Shown: positions 1 through 18,868 of the stretch, piece by piece
How the letters are laid out: every line of letters begins with the position of its first letter
How positions within the stretch are numbered: position 1 is the first letter of the stretch
DNA from: the human T2T-CHM13v2.0 reference genome, Homo sapiens
Length of the DNA: 64,000 nucleotides
Direction: 5' to 3' (one strand)
Assembly (NCBI RefSeq): GCF_009914755.1
Contig: NC_060940.1
The notes under the pieces: model-generated
Seen by the model: the letters and a program-made list of their open reading frames with translations, nothing else
Database searches by the model: none
What the model was told of the DNA's origin: nothing
Program-made: the position numbers and the translations under genes

Positions 1-228
1 TGGGGACCAATATTCAACATTCTTAAAGAAAAGAATTTTCAACCCAGAATTTCATATCCAGCCAAACTAAGCTTCATAAGTGAAGGAGAAATAAAATACT
101 TTACAGACAAGCAAATGCTGAGAGATTTTGTCACCACAAGGCCTGCCCTAAAAGAGCTCCTGAAGGAAGCGCTAAACATGGAAAGGAGCAACCAATACCA
201 GCTGCTGCAAAATCATGCCAAAATGTAA
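1..228 (+). CDS. L1 ORF1p C-terminal end (partial)
   Basis: Translates ...RISYPAKLSFISEGEIKYFTDKQMLRDFVTTRPALKELLKEALNMERSNQYQLLQNHAKM*, with TAA at 226-228. Confidence 0.95.
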   Translation, partial: WGPIFNILKEKNFQPRISYPAKLSFISEGEIKYFTDKQMLRDFVTTRPALKELLKEALNMERSNQYQLLQNHAKM

Positions 229-276
229 AGACCATCGAGACTAGGAAGAAACTGCATGAACTAACGAGCAAAATAA

Positions 277-4118
<3,842 letters not shown>

Positions 4119-4419
4119 ACAATGAGATCACATGGACACAGGAAGGGGAATATCACACTCTGGGGACTGTTGTGGGGTGGGGGGAGGGGGGAGGGATAGC
4201 ATTGGGAGATATACCTAATGCTAGATGACACATTAGTGGGTGCAGCGCACCAGCATGGCACATGTATACATACGTAACTAACCTGCACAATGTGCACATG
4301 TACCCTAAAACTTAGAGTATAATAAAAAAAAAAAAAAGAATTACATAAGCCTTGGTTCAAATATTATTCCCATCATTTACTGGCTCTTTGGCTTCTTGAC
4401 TGGTTGGGAGATGGCATGA

Positions 4420-4595
4420 CCCGGAAATGCCACACTGGATGGAGGGATGGAAGCCACATGTTGTGACAGACCCAGCTACCCTTGGCTGTCCTACATCACC
4501 TTCCTATGGAAGCTGAAGGAGTAAACTTTTACTGTATTCAAGCCATTGTGTCTTAGAGTCTCTTTGTTATAAGACTTCACCCATAACTTAATATA
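4420..4595 (+). mobile_element. Old MLT1-type (MaLR) LTR fragment
   Basis: 3'-end-like motif aaactttt...aagccattg...ctttgttat...aacttaata. Confidence 0.4.
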
Positions 4596-4624
4596 TTCAT
4601 TGGTACAAAAAGCTTAAACTCTAA

Positions 4625-4750
4625 ATTCACTTTCCCTCATCTATAAATTACAGATAGAAATACCAATCTCGTAGGGTTCTTGTAAAGAAAAATAAAATGA
4701 TGCATAAAAGTGTGTGTCTATTGTCTGGCCCAGAGTTCACACACTCATTG
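4625..4750 (+). mobile_element. MIR fragment
   Basis: ttccctcatctataaa...tagggttcttgtaaag core. Confidence 0.6.
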
Positions 4751-5016
4751 TCATCTTTGCCCTGCTTGAGTTTATGATCAGTGTCAACACAATTAATGAA
4801 ACAAACATTCTGTGAATTTGGCAAATGTGTGTATCCATCCACAATGTTGCTCCAGGGAATTTAAAACAATTTGCTCTGCAAACTCCTTTTATGGGAACTT
4901 GAGGGTTTTAAATAAATAAAGTAGTGGTTTTACAGAAAAATCATTCAGTGGACTGCTTGTGGACCAAGATCTTCCATGGACATCTTGCCCTATCTAGTCC
5001 TCAGTTTCTAATGCTG

Positions 5017-5181
5017 GAAAATAAAAGGAAAAAAAAAGAGGAAAGAGAAAGAAGGAGGGGAGGAAGGAGAGAGAGAAAGAAAGGAAGAAAGAGAAAGAAA
5101 AAAGGAAGGAGAAAGAAAGGAAGGAGAGAGAGAAAAGAAGAAAGAGAAAGAAAAGGGAAGGAAGGAAGGAAGGGAGGGAGG
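5017..5181. repeat. GA-rich polypurine low-complexity tract
   Basis: (GAAA)n/(GGAA)n mixture of about 165 bp. Confidence 0.95.
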
Positions 5182-6506
5182 TCGATCAGTCAGTCAGTCA
5201 ATATTTCCCAATTCCTAAGGGTTTCAGAAAGCAACTTCAATAGTTCTGCCATTACTTGCATGACTTATTCAGCTCTGCATAACTGGCTTTTGCTGAGGAA
5301 GGTGTTCTATCGCTTCAAACAAGTTTGCAAACCACAAGATGAACAAGATGATCTACCAGGTGCCCTCTGTCTCCGTGAATTTTCCCTAAACCAGTTGCAG
5401 GCACTTTTCCTCCAGCAATAATTCCTGCTTCAAATCAGAGAATCTCCTGATTCTCTCTACTCTTAGGGGCCCACAGTTTGTCATAAATGAATTAACAAAG
5501 GCAGTGGGTATTTGACTCAAGTTGCTCAGGACTTTCTTAGCCCAGCTGAATCTGTGCAACTCAGTGGGTCTGAGCCATGCCATCTAGTGAACAGATCCGG
5601 CAGTGAAGCATCCTCCAGCTCATGCATGTTCCAAGATGAACCAAGAATTCTCTATCTGGGTGCAATGGCAATTTTTTTAAAAGAATCAAAATGAGGAAAT
5701 GGGTTAGAAAACTAAAATGTCATCTCCATCCAATGCCCTGGGCCTGAAGTGGCTGAAATAATCAAAGCTGTCATTTTATTTTCTCCTCTCTTGGAATTAC
5801 TACTTTTAATTTCTCTACTGAAGTTTCTCTGGCCAACTCATCAAATTTTCTATCAAAATTACCCACAGAATTAATTTGTATGCACTGGCATATAAGAATT
5901 GGCTGACAAGATGGACCACATTCGGGGTGGGGCGGGGGTGGGGAGGGAAGCCTCCCACTCACCCTAGGAATGCAGTAGATGCCTTCCATGGAGTGAATGC
6001 TGGATGTCCAAAATGCCCTGCACGTGTTGGCTGAATCCTTGGCTTCCTGCCTGCTGATTAGTGTTGCAGACCCACAGCCTCAAGCAACTGCCAGGTCTCC
6101 TTGCTGGAGATTTTCCCTGGAGGACCAGAGCCTGACGCCAACACTACTGTGTCCCCTGGATTTCCCTCTTCAGGTAGACTCTGGCTTACAAAGGAACACC
6201 TAAGACAGCATCGGATGTGTCAGGAAGTCCCAGAAGGCATGATGACAAAAACAAATGATGGCAGAAAAAATAGAGTTACACCTGCTAACATCACCTCGGT
6301 GACGAATTGTGGGGAACTCGGGGGCTCCTAACTCTCTCCCCGACTCATGCAGGCCACAGGCACCCGGACCCCAGGCCTGGTGATGGACTGAGAGTTTACC
6401 AGGCATGGCCGGCATGCAGAATCCATTCCCCAGCAATAGGGACAGCTGCTTCCCAGATTCTGTTCATTGTCCTCCATGTTAGAGAATTTATCTTAAGAAA
6501 CCACGT

Positions 6507-7036
<530 letters not shown>

Positions 7037-7050
7037 CTATACAAAAAAGA

Positions 7051-7141
7051 AAACCATAAAAACCTAGGGTTGAATTTTCTTCTTTTGTCTCTGCCCATCT
7101 TAACTTCAGTTGGTTTTCATTTATTTCAATGTGTACTTTGG
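7051..7141 (+). repeat. 91-bp dispersed direct duplication, copy 1
   Basis: 85/91 identical to 7957-8047, ungapped. Confidence 0.97.
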
Positions 7142-7956
7142 AATCAGAACCCTCCACATTCCCAGTTAACTCCCACCACCTGGGTTATGTTATTTTGAGG
7201 GGGACAGGAACACTGCTTCTTCCCCTGCTCCCACTCTTTTTTCACATTGTAAAAACAAATTGTTAAAAGGGTGGCCTCTGTCTGCAGAGAGAGAGAGAGG
7301 GAGAGAGTGTGGGAGCTCTTCCTGCTGGGCTCAGTTACAGAGCAAAGGGCTTGGGGGAGCAGTGACCACTTTCAGCCAGGAACTGCAAACCCCAGAGTCA
7401 GGCAGGGTGATGGTTCACTGAAGCAACCCCCTCTTTTTGGATCACTTTTGGGGTGAGTCTAATCAACACGGGATGTGTGACTTCAAAACAGCTGGGAAGC
7501 ATTAGAGGTCAAAAGTTTAAATCAAGTTAAGAGCCATCGGAATGTGCAAGCCCCGTTGTTTTAATCTCTGTTTCTTCCTTTAATCTACACAACGCTCTTT
7601 GTGGGATAAAATGTCTTGGTCAGGGCTTGTGTTGACACATGGGTCCATGAAAATACATTCATGAAACCAGAGTTGGAGAGGCGGGTAGGAGGGGTATTGT
7701 ATTTGCTGGTAAAATAAAGCAGCCAGCCATTTCTTTAAATATAAAAAAGAAACCAATCCCTTCTTTAAACATAAAAAAGAGACATGTAGAATCACAGAAT
7801 ACTAAAGCTGGAAAAAATCATTGCAAATCTTTCAAACCCTTTCATTACCACGGTGGAAAATAGGCCCAGAGAGGTTAATGCCTGGTTCAGATTAGTGTTT
7901 AGCAGCTAACCCACTGAAGGGGTAAACATATTTAGATTGTGCCACACTTCTGCCCC

Positions 7957-8047
7957 AAACCATAAAAACCTAGGGCTGAATTTTCTCCTTTTGCCTCTGC
8001 CCATCTCAACTTCAGTTGGTTTTCATTCACTTCAATGTGTACTTTGG
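7957..8047 (+). repeat. 91-bp dispersed direct duplication, copy 2
   Basis: 85/91 identical to 7051-7141, ungapped. Confidence 0.97.
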
Positions 8048-8089
8048 TTTGTGCTCATCATTAGGATGAAGTGACAGTTCTCTGGCCTA

Positions 8090-8585
8090 TCAGGGCTTGG
8101 GTGATGTGGTCCCACTCACAGCTCAGTTTGCTGGGGCCACACCCCTGCCCCCTCCCCCATCCCACCATGCTCCTGGCACATTGTTTTCTTGGTTCCATCA
8201 ATTTGTGAAGTCCTATCCCACTTCTGAGTTTAGGGACTTGTTATCTCTCCTTTATGGAAGGTGTGTCTTCCCCTTCTGTCCTTCTCTTTAAGGGGAGCTG
8301 AAAGACCACTTCCTCATCACTGCCTCCCTCATGAGCCTGTCCAGTGTGGCCTCCCTGACACCCTATGTCTCACCAGCTCACTCATGTTCTCCCTGGCACC
8401 CAGGCTCTGATTACCCTCTCCCTGTGTTGCTCATTCACTATTGTCCCCTCCCATTACAGTGTGAGTACCAAGGGCTGGAACCCCCAGGTACTGTCTTGCT
8501 AACCATTGTACCCTTCTGTCCACCACATGCAGTTGTTTAGAATCTATTTGGTAAACCGATTAATCAATCATTGAAACAATCAATG
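8090..8585 (+). mobile_element. L2 3' fragment
   Basis: Pyrimidine-rich body ending in degenerate tgtgag..agggc..ctgtcttgct..cattgtaccc..aatcaatca, typical of the L2 3' end. Confidence 0.55.
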
Positions 8586-8621
8586 GGTTCAAAGGTAGTC
8601 TCTGTCTCCTTAGTGAATAAG

Positions 8622-9182
8622 TGTTGAGACATGGAATAGATTCAAGATGATCACAAATAGTTAGACTGGGGGTAGCGTATGTCTCTTTCCTTGATTCTGG
8701 GTGGATTCTGTGGCCATTTGGTCAACAGAAAAACGTCAGAAGTGACCTGTGCCACTTTCCTTGTGTAGGCTTTAAGAGACCAGCAGCTTCTACTCAAGCC
8801 TCTTGCAAATGTCTCTGGAGCCCTGAAATAGTTTGCCGTGGAAATGGTTTGACTACCTTGAGATGACCACCACCCTGAAGAGGCCCCACCAAGGCACTCC
8901 AGTCACTAGCCCAGCTCAGCCCACCCTCCCAGCCATCCCCCACCCAGTACTAAGGAAGTGAATGAAAACATCTTGGACACTCACCCTCCTGTGAGACAAG
9001 CCCAGCCACCAGCTGAATACCACTGAGTGACCTCAGCCAATGCCCCAAGGAACAGAAGAAATTCCCAACTGGGCTCTGCCTGAATTCCCAATCCACGACA
9101 TCCTTCCAAGTAATCAAATGAGGGTTGTGTTAAGCTGCTAAATTTCAGAGTGATTTGTTACACAACAGCAGGTAACTGCAAT
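8622..9182 (+). mobile_element. MLT1 (G/H-like) solo LTR
   Basis: aagagaccagcagcttctact, cagctgaataccactgagtgacc and terminal ttaagctgctaaatttcagagtgatttgttacacaacagcaggtaac. Confidence 0.75.
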
Positions 9183-9187
9183 GGGAC

Positions 9188-9989
9188 TGTGATATTGTGA
9201 AATACATATTTGGTTTTTGTCTCCGTTTCCTGAGGTACAGCTCCTAAAAATCCTTGGAATCTCTTGAGTGATAAGAGCATTTTTTTGTATGCTATGAGTT
9301 GATGACTGTGGGCCCTGGTCACCTGAAAGGCCAAGGCATGATTAGAGGGTTGAAATTCAGCCCTACCTCCCAACAGGGAGGAGCCAAGGGTTAAGTCTAT
9401 CACCAATGATCAATGGCTTAATCAATCAAGCCTGTGTACTGAAGCTTCTATAAAATCAAAAAAGGACTGGGTTCAGAGAGCTTCTGAATAGCTGAACACA
9501 TGGAGGTTCCTGGAAGGTGGTGCACCCAGGGAAGGCATGGAAACTCCACATCTTTTCCCACAGAATCTCACGCTGTGCATCTCTCCATCCATATCCTGTG
9601 TAATATTCTTTATAATAACCAGTAAAAGTAAATATTTCCTTGACTTCTATTTCTGTGAGCTGCTCTAGCAAATTAGTTGAACCCAAAGAGGGTTGTGGGA
9701 ACCCCGATTTATAGCCCATTGCAACTGGTATCTGAAGAGAAGGACAGTCTCATGGGACTGAGCCCTCAACCTGTGGAATGTGATGCTATGTCCAGGTAGA
9801 TAGATGGTGTCAGAATTGAATCACACTAGAAGACACCTTGCTGATATCCACTGCAGAATCTGCTGGAGGATTACTTGGTGGGGAGAAATTCCCACATGTT
9901 TTGGTGATGAGAGGTCACAGAAGTGTTGATTGTTGAGTGAGAGACTAGGAAAATCACTTTAGTTTACCCCCCTCCCCATACCCAACACA
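9188..9989 (+). mobile_element. MER21-family LTR
   Basis: Starts tgtgatattgtgaaatacatatttggt...ctcctaaaaatccttggaatctc; about 800 bp, TG...CA ends. Confidence 0.85.
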
Positions 9990-10232
9990 GGGCTCCAGAG
10001 CCAGATGATTTGGGTTTAAATCTTAATTCCATCCTTCATTAGCTAGCTGGGTGATCTTCTGCGTGTTGATTTATTTTCCTTAAGCATCACTAACTAGATC
10101 ATCTGCAAGAGGGGAATAATGGGATTCCTTGCCCAAAGAGTTGTTAGAAGATTAAACAAAGTCTATGTCAACTACTTAGCACAGTGCCTGACCAGCAATA
10201 CCAAATGATCAATAGGTCTTCAGTTACTATTG
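9990..10232 (+). mobile_element. MIR
   Basis: ggctccagagccaga...gggtttaaatc...gttgttagaagattaaa...cttagcacagtgcctg. Confidence 0.75.
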
Positions 10233-11884
10233 TTTGTACCCTGCCAACTAAGTAGAGCTCCGCTTTCACATAAGTCAGAAGAAGAACTGTTCCAAGGACT
10301 CACACGCACCACTTCCTTGCCATTAATTCATCCATGCACCCTATCACCAGGGAAAAATCCAAAATTTATCAAGTCTGAAGAACCGTCGCCCCTGCTTATG
10401 TTCAGAGCACTATCTCTCAGCCCTCCTTCTCTCAATTCCTGTTCTTAGCCCTACAGGCACAGGCACAGTTGTGCACCCTCCCAAAAATGGCAGGATGGAT
10501 AAATATTTCCACAGTGAGTATTTCTGGTTAGGGAGATTCTAATATATTCGCTTCCTTCCTTGTGACTCCTTCCTGTATTTTCTAAATCTTCTACATCAAA
10601 CACTTTATTTTCATAAAATGTCATAAAGATTACAAAACACAGGAAGGAAGAATTTCTTCTACTTGAAAACTGAGACACTCTTCTTTGTCTTTCTCATAGC
10701 ATCTGCCCCAACATCTCTTGTGCTGTTGAATGAATGAACGAGCTAAGAGTAGAGAGGGGTTTATGGTGCAGGTATAGGCAGGGCAGCCTGGGTTTATATC
10801 TTATGTATATTTTTTAAATATAAAGTACAAAAGTTCTGCCTCAGTTTTTGTTATTTTTAGTTCATTTGTTTGTTTTTATAATGATGCTCATGTTGAAGCC
10901 TTTGTTTTAAATGAAAAAAAAAATCCTTTTGTGAAGTGAATAGTCATGCTGTCATTTATTTTCTTAAGGCCAAAATGCCAGAGTTTATTAAAACGAGTTT
11001 CTCCTTCTGCATCTATGTTTATAAACTAATTACAGGCTCTTAAACATCCATTTAGCAATGAGAAAGTTCCAAGACAGTGTGCTATATTCTGGTTAGAAAA
11101 ATACAGTTTAACTGAATACGTATAAATTGCTCACACCAAAGGAAGATGAGGTCTCTAGGAATACTAACCTACCAAGCACAGGTTTGCAGCCACACACATT
11201 TCTTATCTCGGGACAGCAAGTGGGTGGACTCTGGCAGAGCCCCAGGCACAGCGGATAAGCACCCATTTTTCCAGAAGTCTGTCTCTGCCTCTGTGTTCCT
11301 TTCAGCTGCCTAGCTTGCCACACTCAAGGGCCTACCATCTCTGAGTCGTTCACAAATTTTCTAAATAGGTTACTAGTTCATGTGCTGGATTTTTGTGCTC
11401 TCATCAATTCACCAACTCAGTGTAACCCAAATCAGCCCAGCCTGTGTGAGATGAATTCAATGAACGTGGAAATTGCCTCCAAGTCCTTCATGCCTCTGAT
11501 TCAGTACGCAGGCTTCCCCAGAGCTCCTGTTTGGAATGCCTTCTGCATTAGCAGCTGAGGTGCATCTCTTCGGACTCGCTAGCACCACCCCTACCCCCTT
11601 CTCACCTGTGTTATCTCAGGGAATTTTCAACTTTATGTCATCCCAACAGGCTTCTTTTTTGGTCATTTCTCATCACTTGGATCTATAAATATTAATTACA
11701 GGCCTCATATGTTAAAGCCTCTTTGAGCGTATTAACTATTTAGCCACATAAATCAATCCTAAACTAATCTTAGTGGTTCATCATACTTTCACAAGTTCCA
11801 GAACTTTCCATTTCAGCTAACACTCTTCAGTTTTTGCCAGCAACATTATTTAATGACTTTTCAATCTGCTAGGCTCTTCTTTAG

Positions 11885-12025
11885 ATAAAGGGAACAGAAA
11901 GGGAAGCATGGAGGGAGGTATGAAGAGAGAGAAAAAGGGGGAAGAAGAAAAGGAGGGAGGAGGTAAAGAAAAAAAAAAAAGAAAGCAGGGGGAGGGAAGG
12001 AGGGAGAAAACACAGGCAAGAGGAA
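11885..12025. repeat. GA-rich polypurine tract
   Basis: Direct inspection. Confidence 0.85.
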
Positions 12026-12032
12026 TGAACCC

Positions 12033-12621
<589 letters not shown>

Positions 12622-12664
12622 CTGACCAAGGTAGGTTCCCCATTTCTCACTTCAAGGTTCACTG

Positions 12665-13200
<536 letters not shown>

Positions 13201-13404
13201 AATTAAAGATTCATTGGAAGATACAGGCTCTGTGGGTGCTGCTTTTGCTGTGTGTTTCTACACAGTTCATGCACAATCTGTTAGTTCTTGGTGTATACCT
13301 CCTAGTTGTATGAGAACTATGTAGCTTCCCTAGGAGCATCTGAAAAATCTTCATAGTATTGGTTACTTTGCACCAGTTACCCCTAGAGGGCACCAGGGCT
13401 CAGG

Positions 13405-13632
13405 GAGGCAGGGTCAGATCTGCCAGGGTTCAAATATTGGCTACTCCAGGTGCTGAACATTAAACCTGGGACCTCACCTCCCTGGGATGCAGTTCCCTCC
13501 CCTATAAAGTAGAGATTCTTCTACATGATGCCTGTGGTTGTTATCCAGAATAAAAGAGACAATGCTACAACACAAAGTGCTCAAAGCCTGACTCATAGTT
13601 AGCGTTCGATAAATGTGAGCTTTTATTATTAC
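13405..13632 (+). mobile_element. MIR
   Basis: gggttcaaat...cagttccctccctataaa...aaagtgctcaaagcctgactcatag. Confidence 0.65.
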
Positions 13633-13803
13633 CATATTTCCTCCATTCTGAGACAGCATCGATCAGAAGTCAAAGCATCAATTTAATAATTTCTCAGGGG
13701 GAAAAACAATATATTAAATACAAATTCCCATTTTAAGACATCACAATTTCAACAACATTAAAAGGTGAAAAGAAATGTGTCTTAAAAATCAATGACATAT
13801 GGT
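13631..13803. mobile_element. MER104/Kanga-like TcMar-Tc2 MITE
   Basis: Degenerate terminal inverted repeats accatatttcctccattctgagac ... gtcttaaaaatcaatgacatatggt. Confidence 0.55.
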
Positions 13804-15769
13804 CTTATTACCATCACATTTTGGAATCATTTTAAGTCATTCGCTTGTTCACTTGCCTTTTTTCTGTTTTGTCTGGCTGCCCCAGGGGACACATGGGTTT
13901 CATGAGAGTAAGGAAGTAGGTATTTGTTCACCATTGTGCACTCAGTGCCAGACGCAGGTGTCAAGCGAATGTTTGATAAGATGGTTGAATGTCATCTTAA
14001 TATGAAAGGCTATTGATTAAAACCCCGCTAATATTGCCATGGTTCATATATTGAAACTTCCCCTCATGTTCTTCTCAGTCCATGCAATTGACCTTCCCAC
14101 CAGTCTTGGGAGAAAGGTTGGTTTGTTTGAGGGTATGTTTGTTGAGGATTAGACTCTTCCTTGAGCTGTATACAAAGGAGTGAGGATGGAAGCAGGCAAG
14201 AAATGTGGAGAATCCACCATAACCCCTGGCACCAGGGAAGTAGTCAGAAATCACCCTTGAAACTGAATGCAAAGCAAGGGTAGGGTATAGGCCCCCGTCA
14301 GCGTCAAATGCGCTGCTACTTGGAATGTCCTTAGGACTGTAGCTAGACATTAAACATCAATAATTATCCCTTGAAAGAGTCAATTAAATTTTGTCCCTTC
14401 AATTTACAAAGCAGAAAAATAAACATTGAAGTCATCTCCCAAGCGCAAAAGACTTTTAGTTTCCCATTCAGAAATCAAAATATTAACTCAATCAGTAAAC
14501 ATGTATTGAGGGTCTCCTACGGGCCAGGTGTGTGCTAGTTTCTTGGAGTGGGAAGCCAGGTGGGACAGCCTGTAGGATAGAGCAGACCAATGAGGGAGAC
14601 ACCTGTATGTGCAGATAATTGCTCCAAGTCAGGTAGGAAGAGACAATGACTAAGGGACAGGGGAACCCCAAGGTGAGAAGTAGAGAGGAGTTCGCAGAAG
14701 AGAGATTATCTGTCTCATCCGAATTACTGGGATGGGGAATCTCTAGTTTGGCACTGCACCAGCCCTTTCAGAAAATTCCCTGCAACCTGAACTAAATCCA
14801 AGGCCAGGGAACCTGTCAGACCTCAGGTGATACTCCAGGGACACATTAAATACGAAAGGGCTTCTCGTGAAAAGCAAAGCAAATCTTAGTCATTCCACTG
14901 CCTGGGGGAGGGGGATAATTACATAAATAAAGGTTGCTTTTAACTTATCACACAACAGCAATTCTCAAATAATTAGCGTCAACAAGAAATTAGGTCCACT
15001 TATCCCAATAGCAGAGGAAAATTGTTTGACAAGAGACCGCTCCAGGGTGCACTCTTCTTTGATGAGGAAGAGGACAATTTATCAGAGGACCCTGAAAGCA
15101 GCCTCATGATCAGAACAGGACACAAGAGGGACTTAGCAAAGAAGAAAGCTGCAAGCCCAGTTCTCAGACCCAGCACTCAACAGGTCAGCAATGGACTGAA
15201 TGGCGTGAACCACATGATGCACCCCAGGTTATTGAGCTAAGCTTCTTGGAGACTGGAGCAGGAAGCGGTGTTGGAACACTATGGCTCTCAGCTGGTCTTC
15301 AACCATGAGAAGAAATTCAATATTAGCAGAAAGGAAGAAAGGTCATGCCAGGCTGAGAGAGCACCCAAACAACAAAGGAGCTAATCCAATATGACGCCCG
15401 GACAAAGATAAAGTCTGTGATGAAGTGGGAGCTATTGACGGGGATTGTTCAAGGCAGATGCTGATTGTATAAGGAACTCAGAGGTGTGTTTTCTTTTTTT
15501 CCACTGACATTGAGGATCCTGAAAGTTTTTAACAGGAAAGTGATTTCTGATGTGTGTTTCAGGGAGACAATTCAGGTGGTGCTGAGGCTTAACTGGAAGA
15601 ATGAGAAACAGGGGAAGGAAAAACAATGATTGCAAAAGTTCAGACAATGAATGGCAGAGTCGGGCATCAAACATGGAGGTGGATGTATGGGTGTTGGAGA
15701 TCAACTGGATGAAGAACAAGAGGGTATGGAGAAACATCCTGGCCTCCTAATTGTTAGAATTAAGAATGT

Positions 15770-16165
15770 TATCCCTTTATGTTCACCTAAGGAATGTACT
15801 GGAACACTCACAGCAATATTCTTCATAATGGTCACCTGAAAATTACCCAGTGTCCATGATACAACAAAATACCACATGGCTACGTGAAGAAGGATCTCCA
15901 GCAGAATGCATCAGCTTGGGTGAATTGCACGATGCTGAGTGAAAGAAACAAGAATGTTCCATGTACCCACCAAAAAAAGTATACATAGCATCATTCCATT
16001 TATGTTCCGTGATCCAGGGAACACAGGGAGCACCTCTAGGATGGGTTCTGATGACCCGGTTCCAAATTCTGCTTGCTCAAGTGTGCCCACTATATGAAAT
16101 CCACCCAGCCATGTATGTATTACTTATAGGCACTTCTATCAAAATATATTATGCTTGAGCTTTTT
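15770..16165 (+). mobile_element. Old L1ME 3' fragment
   Basis: cacagcaatattcttcataatgg...gatgctgagtgaaagaa...attccattta motifs. Confidence 0.55.
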
Positions 16166-16267
16166 AAAAGAAAACTGCCCTTATAGTGTCCCTTATGCAA
16201 CATTAAAGCAATTTTAATAGTAATAACAATAATGCCTCCCATTTTGGAATGTGCTAGAAACTGGTAG

Positions 16268-16594
<327 letters not shown>

Positions 16595-17739
16595 GATAGA
16601 TTTTAAACCTTAATTTTATAGATAAGGACAGGAGGGCACTGAGATGTTAAATAATGTACTCTAAAGCCACCATCACTCTTCGGGAACAGAACAGGATTAG
16701 AACCCAGGAACTCCTACATTATACTGACTCAAGATTCCACAGGAGTGTTCCAATAAATGTGGCTGTGATGATTCTACTTTAGACATTGCATTGGCTATGT
16801 CTATATGGCCCTACTTTTCTGGAATAAGCTGAATCTGTCACTCATGCACTTCCAAACATTTGAGTTATTGATGGGTTCAGCACTCTGCTTCTTTCCACAA
16901 TCCCAGACCTCTCCAATACACACCTTCTTTATAAAATTTTCAATCAAACAAATGAATTTAACCCAGAAAAGCAAACACATTTTGGCTAGAAAAGTCATCT
17001 TTTTTAATCAGTTTTTGTGTTTCCTATATAAACCAGCAGCCCAGAGGTACTATTTCTGAAAGCATTTTGTAATGGAAGATTTTACATGAGTGCTATTTAG
17101 TATTATCATTATTATCCTTGTTATTAATAATAATGATTTATAGAGTAGTTTGAGGAGGCACTTCTATTTAGAGACTAGGAACACAAGCCTGATTTGATAC
17201 GTAAGCCAGCAAATGTAATAGGAAGAGGAAAAGGCAAGGGGAGAAATTAAAACAGATGGCTCTATCTTGGGCAGACATCTACCTTCAGGGACCAAGAAGC
17301 AGGTAATATGAAGGAAAGATTCAGCAAAAACAAAACCCAAGGACAAACATTTCTCCACTACGTCAGTGCAAGAGATGCATTCTGCTGAAACTCACTAACC
17401 CCAGCCAAGTGCTGTCTGTAGCACCCTGATGGGTTAATTTCCAACATATAGATGTCTAGGAGCATTTTCAAAGCAGTTTTACAAATAAGATTATATCACA
17501 CATGACCTTCACAAGAATGCTGTGAGCTAGACATGGTGGCATGGCTTTTTACTGCTGCTCCATCATGCTGATAAAAGTATCGCAAACTGTATGAGCACAA
17601 CACTGTGTGACCACATCACAGAAGGACACCCTGGCCACTCTACCATGTAAACGTGCTACAGCAGGAAAATGATCCTAGGGCCCATCTTGTCCAGCGACCC
17701 ATGGATGCCATTGACCCTAGACCTGGATGGGACCCAGGA

Positions 17740-18480
17740 GTTTATATTCTAAAAATAACACTTCCTGAAAAAATAATCATAGGATATAAAAGAAGAACTC
17801 ACATCTTCAGAATGATAGACTTACTTGGAGTGTTGCAGAGGGAATAATCCAAAAACTCTCTCACTAACATCCTGGGGAGAGTCCAAAATAGCAAAGATAA
17901 AGAGAAAAACCCTAAAAGCTTATAGAGAAGAAAGGTGTTATCTTCAATGGGATAGTAATCAGATTCACATCAGTTTTCATCCTTTGAGGAAAAATGTATT
18001 TCAACTATACACACCTAGCCAACATACATATAAGTACACTAATATGTCTGCAAAGACTATTTTCTGCAAAACAACAATAAAATTGAGACTACAGTCAACT
18101 GAAAAAGAAATCCAAGAAAAATAGAAAAAGGGTCCAGGAAATCCAAGGAAAAAATGGAAACTAAATCTAGGAGGGGAATCAAGTGAAATCTCAAGATGAG
18201 GAGTGTGCAGCAGAAAGCAATCAGTCCAAATGGGGCAGGAAATCGACCTGTGCCAGAAATAACATCTTCAAGAGAAAGCAGACTTTGTCATTTAATTTGT
18301 ATGATGAAGAAGCTGCAACTTCTTAATGGGAAGATGAAGGCTTAGATTTTTTTCTATCAGAAAAAATAAAGGAAGCCCATGGAAAAACAAAAACACCCAC
18401 ATGAAAGGCATGAGTTGAATATGAAAAATTAAAATGCAGCGTATTTTTGAGGAATTAATTAAGGATAAGTAAGGAAAGGG
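17740..18480 (+). mobile_element. Very old L1M (ORF1-region-like) relic
   Basis: A-rich with catcttcagaatgatagac, aaaccctaaaagcttatagagaag and aatcagattcacatcagtttt motifs. Confidence 0.45.
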
Positions 18481-18644
18481 TTTGGGTTTTTTTTTGCTTT
18501 TTGGTTTTTTTTTCATGTTTTACCCACATTCCTTTGAGTGTCATGAGTTAAGAGAAACAGCTTTTCAGTCCCTCTGTGGGTCCAGGCAGACACGTGACTC
18601 TGCCATGGGTAACGTGGACCCTGGAGGCCACAGAGCTGACGGGC

Positions 18645-18868
18645 TCTGAGAAGAGCTCCAAGGTCACGGACTGCGCGCACACTGCCTCTGCCACTTGCTA
18701 GCTCTGTGACCTTGGGCAAATTAGTTCACCTCTCTGTGCCGCTATTTTCTCATCTCTAAATTGTCATCTCCTTCATAGGGCTGTTGCAGAGATTAAATGA
18801 GCTAATGTATGGAATGCATGTAGAATGGTAAGTACCCAAATTTTTGGTGTTATTACTATTATTATTAC
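18645..18868 (+). mobile_element. MIR
   Basis: ctctgccacttgctagctctgtgaccttgggcaaattag...catagggctgttgcagagattaaatgag. Confidence 0.9.

Noticed and set aside
4338-4600. Possible L1 3' transduction
   Set aside because: No second poly(A) tail downstream, and the TSD cannot be tested because the 5' end is outside the window.
4924-5421. 165-aa K/R/E-rich ORF
   Set aside because: Translation of a stop-free GA-rich simple repeat; the same applies to 58229-58513 and 36124-36510.
7051-8047. Direct repeats read as the LTRs of a mini-element or a CRISPR-like array
   Set aside because: Only two copies, no TG...CA termini, no TSD or primer-binding site, and the intervening DNA is ordinary and includes a MIR-like relic.
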